Positions 35,778 through 46,369 of a stretch of 46,369 nt of DNA are shown piece by piece. Made by a program: the position numbers and the translations under genes. The notes under the pieces are model-generated. The model did no database searches. It had not been told where the DNA came from and saw only the letters and a program-made list of their open reading frames with translations. Each line of letters begins with the position of its first letter. Positions within the stretch are counted from its first letter, which is position 1. Origin of the DNA: Phoronis australis (taxonomy: Eukaryota > Animalia > Phoronida); the NCBI GenBank assembly GCA_002633005.1, contig NMRA01000075.1, positions 713,336 to 759,704 on the forward strand, read 5' to 3'.

Positions 35778-37035
35778 GCAACGGTTTGTTCGACATTAAC
35801 GGTAGTCCGACTCAGTGCCCGGGACAGCAATTTGTTGGTCCGGACAAGCTTACGGCTTGTCCGACAGGACAAGTTAATTTTTTTGAAACTATAGTAAATT
35901 TGGACGATCAGAACTTTTTCGAAGCGGCAGGGGTAAATCACTTGTTTAGTCATCAGTGTCGGTAATATGCGGTGCCGTGGCAAATCGGCAAAGTGTTGTT
36001 TAGATAATGCAGGAGCTCATGGCTGGACGCGATCCAAGGGCAATAGTTCTAGCCAATTACACGGCAGTATCTCACGTAATCTGGCAAACTTTTGATTTTC
36101 GCTAGGTTCTAGCGTAGTTCCAAGCGTTTTGAACTCACGCCAGTTTTAGTGAAACCGGGACATTGCCTTACTATAGCGGTAAAATACGTATTCTCATGCC
36201 CTTTATTGAAGGCGACACAGGCTTGACAAGGATATCACGTCCGTGGCCAACCTTTCTGTGATTCCCCGTGGCAGTACACGAAACATAACCACCATGTGCA
36301 TTGACATAAAAAAGACGTGGTCCACTGTGACTCCAACCCAACTTGCGTCGCTGTACCCGTCTTGGTAAACGCATGTTTTTATTAACTTCACTCCTGACAC
36401 CAAAATTTAAGCGCCCAACCAAAGTCAACTTGTCATTAGCGCAAGTCAAACATTCTGTCCATGCTCCACGTGGATAAAAACTGATTTTTTTGCACTTTTG
36501 ATTTGCCTGATGACTTTTTACAAGATAAATTTTTGCTTCATTATTTTGGCACCTGACTGAGCACCTCTATTGCCTAAAAGTGGCATCGTCCGATTGCTGG
36601 GCACGTGCGGTGTCGGCTTTGAATTCAAAAAGAAATACTGTATACAATGTATATAAAATGTTATACAGTTCAAAGCACGTGTATGGTTGTCTAAGTGTCG
36701 ATTGGGAAAAGTCGACGGCTCACTGGGCAACTTGTAAAAAACATGTAAACTTGGGGCGTGTTCACTGGTGAAATCCAAATCCAAATACCCACTTGTGCGA
36801 AATTTAAAAGTTGTGTAATGTATGCTCTTACATATGTTTATTGAGCTTGTGGTAACAGGTATAATGTGCGACATTCATATATGTTTGAAAAGTATAATTT
36901 GAGCTTATTACCAGCGGACAAGTGTCGTATAGGTCAGGACAAGTACATTTCATTTCTACTTGTCCGACTAGGCAAGTTAAAATATAAGTTAGTTCTAAAG
37001 ACGAGGAAAGTCAAAAAAAACAATTTGCTTCCCTG
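35778..37035. mobile_element. Decayed hAT-like element with GGACAAG/CTTGTCC subterminal repeats
   Basis: Clusters of GGACAAG/CTTGTCCG at 35820-35875 and 36915-36980; right end ...CCCTG. Family assignment is inference and no TSD was found. Confidence 0.4.
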
Positions 37036-40000
37036 TCAGATTTCACATAACAGTTTAGTCATCGATATTTCAATCCCCTAATGATATTCCAGATTTTCAG
37101 TGTTTATCGTCCCGTTCACTGATAACTGACTCTGACTTCCTGCTTATAGTGTACAAGGTGTAGTGTTTTTACTCACGCGCCAAACGTCAACAAACCTGAT
37201 ACATCCCACTAAAACGCAAAGATACAGTATCAAAGTTTTGACATCAACTTAGGCATACAAGGCAATGGGTTCTACGCAACACTGAGAACAGGGGTTGACC
37301 AGTAACCAAACAACTGCCGCCCAAAAACATTGTCTATTGAAGTTTCGGGCTCTTAACACCGACCACCGCTGGCAATTAAGGTACAAACTTTTGAAATTCG
37401 ACCTCCCGCTGTCAAAGAAAATGTTCAATTCGAACTCTCCCTCAAAAATGTTGGTTGCAGACCTGTGATATGGTAACCGGCCGACTCCCGTACCGGGGTC
37501 ACGCCGGCCCACCACTGCATTGAAGAAAATTTCAATATGCCGTCAATTGTTGTTGTGACAATGCTATTTTTAGGAGTAAATGAGGCAGTCAATAACAGTT
37601 ACAGAACACTCAGCATTCCACGTTACTCCTGTCGTTGTAGCGAGAGCTGACGATAATAGAGTTGCTAGTCTCGATCCGAATAGAGGGAGCGCTGAATCAG
37701 CGCGACTTTTGATTTTGCATTTCACGTCATAACTGAAGTCGACTACGATTCTCAGATTTGGTTACGTTTGGAGTCTACTCGAAATGCGACATTAAATACG
37801 AGTTTTTGAGTATGACTCCAGTGAGCACCGGCGATTTTGACATGAGTATGAGCAGACTAGGCGTCGGAGTCACAGTCGACGGAGGTGGGGTGCGGCAACT
37901 TTGACTTAATTCATTTCCAAAATATTTCTATGATAAAATACAGTTGCATGTTTCTGCACTATATAGTTATTCGTTTAAAATTAATTTTTGATAAGAATTC
38001 AAATAAAATAACTTTATTAACCGCTTCTGGGCTAAACATTCGTTGCAACAACACCCGGCAACACTGTACACAATCGCTTGTCATCTTAGCGATAGAAGCA
38101 TACATTTCCCACAATGGAACTGCGGCAGCAAAATCAAATATGGCGGATTTGCACGTTCGCTATTCAATGACTGATTCTATTCAAACGTCAAGTGGACATG
38201 ATAATATATATCCACGCCAAGCCGCCAAAAGGTCAGTAGACAAAAAACGTAAAGCTGCATTTCGCCCTGTCTAGATGGCCAATAACAAAAAGCACCGCAT
38301 TCGCCGGTACTTCACTCTCGTAAAATCGATCTTCTGATTTCTTCGTGACCAATAAGAAGGCGGGGTTCTATTCCCGAACGTTGAAATCTTCCGCCAAGAA
38401 AACGTTTTGTTGTTGTTGGAATTGGTCGACCGGATTGAAATTACAAATTCAAAATGGCGTATGTACGCATTGGCAATGTCTTGACGGTAAAGGCAACGCA
38501 ATAGTATCACGGTGAGGAATATTGTGACTAGTAGGGCCTCAGTAACACGTGACATGCACCTTGAGCTGGGAACTGTAGAGTTCCCAATTCTAGGCAAGGA
38601 AGTTTGAACTTTGATGATCCAGGTTGAGGATGCATAGATTTTTGCGAAATCACATTTGTATAAGAAGTTCAGTTGAACAGGGGGCGAAACACATGAACAC
38701 CAGACTGAGACCTAAAAAACTTCAACCCGGCGTCGTTTTGTGTTTAGGTACAAACCATGCTGAGAACGTGACCCCAGTGCTCTTTTTGAAAAGTCTTTTG
38801 TGAACTACTTTTGTCAATTGCACGGTGTTGACCCATGCAGAATGCATTATATACTTATCCATGTGAAGTATTTTTAGGCCGGGGCGTAGCCGGCTGGGGG
38901 TATAGGCAGCGTCTAACATTCAAAACTCAAACCTTCGCCGCATTAAGACCCCTTTGTTGATTGCTGCCATTTGCCCAAAGGATTCTGGGAAAAATTTTGG
39001 TGTTCTGAGGAGATTCCTCGCTTAATGCTGAGCATGGTGCGTTAAAAAGAGCGACCAAAAGGACAGTTATGCTCAAATCAGGCAATGGGTTTCACTTGCA
39101 GACTTAGTTACGTGATAAATGTACCAAGATTAATAAATTTCATTAATAAGATTAGTAAATGTATAACATTTTAATCGTGTAAAACAAAAACGCACTCCAC
39201 CGCAATCCCAATATTTTTTTCTAAATGAGCGTAAAAGATTCTAGTGAAATTTCCTGAGTTCATACAGTGTACAATTATTCATTTTCCAAGCAAATTCAGT
39301 CGTCTTTTTGTCTTTCAAGTTCTTAGTTTTCCATTTTAATTCAAACCAACAACTGGTTTACATAGGCGGATTTAGGGNNNNNNNNNNNNNNNNNNNNNNN
39401 NNNNNNNNNNNNNNNNNNNNNNNNNNNNNNNNNNNNNNNNNNNNNNNNNNNNNNNNNNNNNNNNNNNNNNNNNNNNNNNNNNNNNNNNNNNNNNNNNNNN
39501 NNNNNNNNNNNNNNNNNAAAAAAGATTTAAATGTGTGCAGTTTTAGTGTTGGGGGGGGGGAGGCTCAAATCCAATTTCAAGTGTCAAATTCGGAACACGG
39601 CGCGTTCGTAACGGAACTATGGCTAAGTATAGAATCTCCCGCGATATCCTAGGCGACCGGCAGCGGCGCTGTGCACTACGACTCCGTTTCCGTCGTCTGC
39701 TCCACTGTGCAATGAAGAAAATTTACTTCATTTTTTAAAGAAAATGGAACCTGAGTGACGATGAAAAACAGAAGCTGCTGGTAAGATGTGAATTATAATC
39801 GAAGCCTTAGTGAATCACTCAGAAACTCGCAATACTCTCTTTGTCAAACCTTACCTTAAGACGGTTTCCAAAGCAATTCATTATTGCCAACACGAAAATT
39901 GGATTTCGTCATTTGGGCATTTGAAGACTATTTCAAATACGACAAATTTGTTAAGAATTGATGGCACAAAATATAAAACGTGTAATAAGCATTACGAAAA

Positions 40001-40070
40001 GAAGTAGGTTTCGCGCGCAAACGCTGTGGCCCATAAACAATAAGTCTTTTAGTATAAAAGGTGTAGTTTC

Positions 40071-40130
40071 ATCGTGGTGGTGGAGTGGTAACTTACGCGC
40101 TTCCGCCAGGTCGTGAGTTCGAGTCTTTGA
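40071..40130 (+). repeat. Degenerate tRNA-derived SINE head
   Basis: A-box-like TGGTGGAGTGG and B-box-like GAGTTCGAGTC at tRNA-like spacing; no cloverleaf. Confidence 0.4.
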
Positions 40131-41570
40131 TACTTGCATTTTTTTTTCCTGTTTGACATGTTCTCCGTGTTTTTTTGCCTTTTTTTCTTGGATAATACTT
40201 CTACTCTAGTGGTAAAATAAGAAGTAAGTAGGCGCCCAAAGCCCACCGTATTACCTTGAGCACTGAACGTAACTTACGTTGCGTAGGCGCTACGTTCAAA
40301 TGCCAAAAGGTGGTTGGCTGCGCCTACGTGCGCCTACGCCCACTACAGCACTGTGGAGTGAGCGCATTTTCGGAGACGCTCTTTTAGAGGTACAATTTTT
40401 GGAAATTATTCATAGATTTTAAGATAAGCCTACAATTTTTAACTGCAAAGCTAGCGTAAGTTCCTAATCTGGACGTAATGTGGAAGCACGGATACATGAG
40501 TGTACTGTATGCCAGGTGTACTGTGCGAGTATTAACAAAATTATTCAATGCATTCCGCCAGCCAAATAGCAGTGCGTATATTTCACATGTTGGTGTGCGC
40601 CAGAGCATCAATTTCAATGATTGTTTTACTCAGTTGGTGTATAGGCGAAGGCCCTTGATTCCGAATATACTGGCGTAGCTTCGAATGTAGGCGCCTAAAC
40701 ACGGACATCGAGATTAAAAATTAAACGTTGTGCTGGCTTATCAGTGATGGGATTTTGTAAGAAATGGTGACATTTAAAAAATCTTTGAATGGTTTATTTT
40801 TTGATACTTAAGCATTTCCAACTACTAGTTTAGCAAGTTGGCCTTCTGATGCCAATCAAGAAATTCACGAAGGTGTAAAAAAGGTAAATATGTGAGTCGA
40901 AGAGTCGCCACTTTTAAGAACACTGGACCCTTCGGACTCTTGTCCGCTGAAGGAAATTCGTTTTGGAATCTCGGCCCTAATTTGACGATGGAACCATACA
41001 AGTACAACTAATTTTTGTGTGCGTTAAATGGTGGACCTCGATCTCTAAGAAATGTTTTGAGCCCAAGAACATTGAATAAATTTAGCTTATGCAATAACCC
41101 GTCGCCAACCTGTGCGCCATTCCCACAGAGAAATTCAAAATACCTGTGGCGCCAGCCTAGCGAATGATTTGCGAACTGCTATCACCAACTGGGCCATTCT
41201 TAAAAGAGAACGCTTACATATTGATTTCTTTCTGAAAGCATTGCTTACATCACAATGCAAAAGCTAGCACAAAACATACTACACGTACCAAATTAGCTGG
41301 TTAAAAACAAGTTGCCAATGCAATGCATAGTTAAATATCGTTTCAGGACTGTAAATTACGTGTGTTTTTTTCTATCTAATACAATTCAATACTAGGCGTT
41401 CGCCGAGAGTCATTGAAGAGTTTCGATGGGCTACACGTTAAACGCGAACGCAAGCCTGTAACCTATTCACCACAAGTTTAGGCTTGCGTGTGCATTGTGT
41501 TGCATTTTTGTTTTGGGGCTTCAGTGACGTACTCTGTACGCCCATTGGCGCTTTAGTCAACACGAACAAA

Positions 41571-42039
41571 ATGGCAGACTCTGGTGCACCCTCCCCCGCC
41601 TACTTGCTACGATAGTGCCATTCTCTAAGTAGTTGGTCCAAGAATTCGGACATTTTTTCGAGGGTGGTAGTTAGTCCCGGCCGCAAGAATAGGGGTGCAG
41701 GTGCGGGAAATTGGTGGTGACTGGGAGAAGGGAAAGGAGGTGGCAACGGGGGCAGGAGGAGGAGGAGAGGTCCAATTAAGCTACGTCGAGGTGACTTCTA
41801 CCCAGTGAAAACAGTCGATGTTTCAGGTATGATGTGTAGAAATTTTAAGCTGACATTTTTGTCTGATACCAAAAGTGAGTTGGGACAAAAATTCAGAAAA
41901 AAAGCTTTGTGTTTAATTCACAAACTGTAGTTCACCTATTACCGTTTGTTCCAGTTCTGGGAAAGCATCGTTGATAAAGACGGGATTAAAGGTTTTCGAA
42001 AGAGACTCGCATATGTCAATGAGGCTGTCAGTGTCAAAG
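41571..42039 (+). pseudogene. Decayed spliced coding remnant (likely transposon-derived)
   Basis: AAAATGGCAG start context, Gly-rich tract, donor CAG|GTATGA (41826), acceptor TTGTTCCAG| (41955). The joined frame reads ...TSTQ*KQSMFQ|FWESIVDKDGIKGFRKRLAYVNEAVSVK; there is also an early stop after the ATG. Confidence 0.3.
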
Positions 42040-43469
42040 GTTTGATTTTGATGATCGTGGACAGTGTACATGCCAAATGACAATTTATGAATGTCGCAAG
42101 GTATTGTTTAACTTGCGAGATCCATGCTACGTGCGTAAGGGCGTCGCATGGTTATCGCAAATGGGACACTACCATTGTTTTCCTTTGTTGCGTCTTTGTT
42201 GTATCACAATACAGGTCGCCTGGATATCGTACCTTGGGCGCACATCAGCTGGTTACTGATAAATGTTTACTATTTTCTTCAATATATGAAATAAAAACAA
42301 ACTGAACAACGGATACGCCTAGGCTACCGCTCTCAATTCGACGAGTTTGCGATCTAGTTTACCAAAATGCAAAGGATCTCCTTGTTTTATAGCTCTTGTA
42401 AATTAAGCTTTGAAGTCTAGCCCATCCAACAACGACCCCATAATTGCCTGTTTCGGTGGTAAAACCGATAATATCCATGTACAGAATTAACTTAAAAGAC
42501 GCACTTTCTGTGCCTATCGGTAGTGTGTTGCCATGTAACAGCCTAACATGTCAAGGTTATTTCAAAGTCTTTCCGGCATCTTGAAAGAGTTTATTGGGGC
42601 TGATTTTCATATTAAGTCACTGAACGCTGCCATGACATACACCGTAGCTTACAGTGTGCATTTCAATAGGGTTTTAAACGTCCGGCATCATGAGCACAGA
42701 AGTTACAAGACCTACAGTTACAAGAATTAAAACCGACAGCTGGTTTTTATTTTAGCCATATCTGGCTTGTCTCTTTCTCAATATCGTCCAATTTCATGTT
42801 TAACGTGCGACAGCTGCTACTTAAGCGCAAGCATGTACCTTGATCCTTAACTGGCGGACCCGGAGGCAAGCCTAGCAGCTGTGCACGCATGCGTAATTAT
42901 GTTTATTATTTCAAATCAGTGCTATTGTACCATCATGGACATCTGTGGTGTTAGTAATTTTGAGTTGCGAAATTATAAATATATTTAGCAATATTGTAAA
43001 TGCCGTTGAATTTTATGTCTTTGGTGTTCTAATTGATTGAAATGATTTTGACACTCTCAGGTTTGGCAGAGAGTAATGGATTTGTATTGTGTATAAATAC
43101 ACAAAACTTCCCGAGAGTGGCGTTGATGAAATAATATCCCACTAGATAATTACGCGGAATAATGTCGAGTGGCATATTACTGCATCTATGCCAATCGAGG
43201 TACCTTTCGTATTTATCCCATACGCATCAAATTCCTAAGTTTCTTCATTTTTTGCCAGTTTTTCAAATACTTCACTCGGACTGTTTACGTAAAGGATCCC
43301 AGCCGATGTCTACGTACTTGCGCGTTAGGCTGCAAATTTTCTATAGTGATTAAAAGAAACAGTTTTAAATGTAACGATTTATTACTTGAAAAGAGATAAC
43401 AAAGATGAAAGCAACGACATACACGAGAACTGGTAATGTTTTAGCATATAACAAAGTGAAACTGGCATC

Positions 43470-43600
43470 GCTCTCATAATTTGTCTTTTCAGCACAAATA
43501 ATGCTTTGCATGCTCTTTCGTCCAGATTTTTTAGCGATGTTGTCCAGATAAATTTGGCAGAATCTGGGCATAAAACAAAGAGTTTACACCAGCCAGTTAA
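43470..43600 (-). pseudogene. Possible LINE reverse-transcriptase-adjacent fragment
   Basis: KFIWTTSLKNLDERACKALFVLKRQI resembles the W......L..kA.KA.F.L segment that follows the RT domain in CR1/L2-type ORF2. No catalytic motif is visible. Confidence 0.3.
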
Positions 43601-45691
43601 ATATAAGCTTGCGTTCCTCCTCATGGTGTAACGTTGCACTGCCAAACCTACTGGGGTAAGACGTCATTCGTAGAAAATGTATACGCACAGACATATATTG
43701 CTTTCGCAGCTGTAGGATGAAGTAACACAGACATGTCACGTAATATGTTATAAAAATCTGGTCACCTTCTTATGTGACATTAAAAGATTAACATTATCTT
43801 GTGTTCGCTGGAATTTTGACCTTCCTCAACACTAGAGATGAGCTAATCCCGCATGATTATAATTAGATAACAGGGGTCGTATCACAAGTTACAGCATGTG
43901 TACAGATGCTCTGTCTCGTAGTTGCTGTAATTAAGAGTGGACAAAATGTGGCCTTGTCTCCTGCGTTTTTCCAAGCGTCGTAAGAAAACTATTTTAGGTT
44001 CAAAATATTAAAGTTAACAATGACGATTGTCAACAATTCCGTAGTTACCCAAGAATTAGCTGTCAGTTCAGGTTCAAACAATGACAAAAATTACTAACAC
44101 TAGCCTACCGGTAAGTTAGTTTTGGGCCACCGTTGTTGGTCACCATGTCATATGAATCTTCGGGTTTCATGCAACATTTATCAATTTCAGATTTTGAAAA
44201 AATGAATCTTCTTACTTTAAATAATTGTTGCGATATTTTATTTTACTACATGAGAATTTTAGACAACTAATAAATAATCGATTGGCATTCTATTTCTAAA
44301 TTGTAGTGCAATATTTTGCGTCGACTTTCGGTGCAATAAAATATTGCGTCACCTATTGGCCAGTTTCTTTTCCCAATTCTTCAATCAACTGTTTTTCTTC
44401 CACGAGGTTGCGTACATGTCACAACAAATTATCGGAACTACTTTCATTTCGTTACAAGTTTTTAGGATTTTGATACTAGCAAACCGAATTTCAAAACAAG
44501 TTTTGCAGCAGTGATCCGCCAAAGAAGGGTAATGCGTTGACGTCAGAAGTTACGATCCCAATTCCATTTTAGTGATCGATGAGGAGCTGAAGTACACTTT
44601 TTTGAGAGCAAGAACGGTGAAAATGGTGACTGTGCAGGTCTTTTGATTGAATAATTCTCGCAGCCCATTTCAAGAAACGGAAATTGATTGTGCCGGAAAT
44701 AATGTACTCTCGACATAAATACATCGACGAAACCTAAAATGCGGCCAATTGTAAAGATATTTACAGGAATTAATGAACAATAGCACTCCAAAGTCGCAAA
44801 AATGATTTTGTTGCTGTGGTCTATTTTCGACTCCGGAATATCTGTTTTATACCGGAATTCCAATTTCAATAGTACACTCTGATTTTAGTTTAAACCCAGT
44901 GTAGGTTCCTTCACTGTATGACGTATCTGGTGGGTGTCCAGTTTATGCACTGTAGTTATAACAAGACATTAACTTTTTATCTGTTGTGTAGACTTGTTTA
45001 GCTAACTAGACCATTAGCACTGTCCTCGCACTTGTATCTTTGAAGTCGCCAAGACGATAGCTGCGGGGGTCAAGACCCTACATGTATTTTAACTGTGATC
45101 ACATTAAGCTGCGTTGATGTTTCGTTAACGGGCTATTCAGAGTCATAAAGCAATGATATTGTGGTTAGCTTTAAATTCACAAAATAAAGTATGCGGTAGT
45201 TGATGTGTTTTGCACGAGGGAGTAGACCAATGTATGAAAATCTATCATTTTCTTGAAGATTAATGCTACTGGTGGCCGGAATTTCGAACATGTACTCCAA
45301 ATTGCGTTTTTGTTGTCATAAGTAGAGAAGCTTGGGCTACAAGTTAAACGCGCACGCAAACACGTGAGTAAACTAAAGTTTACCGGCGACGAGCGTATGC
45401 ATTGTGATTCATTTTTTGTTTCGGCTACACGTACATGTACGTCCAGCAGTGGCGGTGTGGATAGTTCTTGGTAGNAAATTCTGATAAACAACTGTTACAA
45501 TGGCTTCTCGAATTTGCAATAGCATATAAAGAACAATTGCAGGCGGTCTGATACACGTTGTACCAGACGTGCGCAGGCCTCGCATGTGGGCCCAATGCAC
45601 TGATCACCTGGAAATATTTTTATGCTTTATTAAGATATGGCTAAAACCGAGCTGAGGAGCTAGAAACTTGGCTCAAGGGTTTAGCAATGAG

Positions 45692-45760
45692 ACCTGGTGG
45701 GACTCGTACCCACGACCTCGAGTAAAGAAAGCGGGCATGCAATAACATAACTACAACGAT
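45692..45760 (-). repeat. Degenerate tRNA-derived SINE head
   Basis: Minus strand ...GAGGTCGTGGGTACGAGTCCCACCAGG forms a T-arm/B-box-like hairpin. The A box is decayed. Confidence 0.3.
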
Positions 45761-45816
45761 ACTGTATGATGTTTGTGTAGTTGTCTTCGCCTCGACCACA
45801 GGCGCTTGGGTTTATC

Positions 45817-45877
45817 GCAAATGACGTCACTCAATAATATATATAAATTATATATATTATTGAGTGACGTCATTTGC
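45817..45877. repeat. Perfect palindrome: 30-bp arms, 1-nt spacer
   Basis: GCAAATGACGTCACTCAATAATATATATAA-A-TTATATATATTATTGAGTGACGTCATTTGC; the arms are exact reverse complements. Confidence 0.95.
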
Positions 45878-46369
45878 CACGACTAGCATAGTAAAAATGT
45901 GCATCTGCAGTACTGTTATTTGTGACTTACTATGGGAGTGGTCTGCTAATTTTGTTTGGCCAACATGTACGTTAATGGCTAATAAATCACAAGTAACGAG
46001 AAGGAATCGATACATTTTTACTTTCCATGAAACTAGGAAAAGAACGCATCAGCAATAATTCAATTTAGTTACGGCTCTTATTTTGACTGTGCATAATTCA
46101 CGGACTTGTTAAATCACACATCCCGTACCGGCAAATGTGCCTGTCTAACACAACGCTATTGCTCGGCAAAGGTTATTCAGCGGGCACTAAATGGGGCTAT
46201 TCGGAAAATCTACAATAACTAGAGGGCGTGCGTGTACTAGTGGTGATAGATTAACAGCCTCGATTTCGCGAGCCCTTTAAATACATGGTGAAATGGCTTG
46301 CAGCCGTGCCAACTGAATCCGAGATTGCGTAAAAAGGGTGCTTCTATGAGGGGAAGTAAGCACGACCTC

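Noticed and set aside
37648-37690. CTGACGA...CGAAT hammerhead-like string
   Set aside because: GAAA core absent, stem II weak, no cleavage triplet.
45425-45607. Cys-rich candidate terminal exon on the minus strand (acceptor TTTCCAG|G)
   Set aside because: No recognisable domain in any frame, contains an N, and has no partner exon in the window.
45652-45675. CTGAGGA-GCTA-GAAAC hammerhead-like string
   Set aside because: No room for stem II and no GUH site; likely chance.

Overview
Eukaryotic, AT-rich, repeat-dense genomic DNA with three N gaps. It is most likely from a marine invertebrate (mollusc or other lophotrochozoan); this is inferred only from the DUF229 gene and the transposon families. 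One long CDS is clear: a DUF229 (alkaline-phosphatase-superfamily) membrane-anchored protein, encoded almost entirely by one ~2.1 kb exon on the minus strand (13382-15468). A second, spliced minus-strand gene is only partly visible in the ORF track: exons 8831-8799 and 8506-8206 join in phase to give a signal peptide plus a coiled-coil. Most of the remainder is transposon-derived: TTAA-flanked Kolobok-type elements with decayed THAP domains, an Academ-type element, PIF/Harbinger MITEs, a solo LTR, LINE fragments and tRNA-derived SINE heads. Most notable: (i) a 5.6 kb foldback element (25814-31383) whose two arms are differently ordered arrays of two modules joined by a 17-bp palindromic linker; (ii) a four-level nested insertion (Kolobok > tRNA-headed SINE with a hammerhead-ribozyme motif > Harbinger MITE > solo LTR), each layer with its own target-site duplication (TSD); (iii) a 32-bp P-element-like excision footprint just upstream of the secreted-protein gene; (iv) a perfect 61-bp palindrome. 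All alignments were done by eye and no searches were run.
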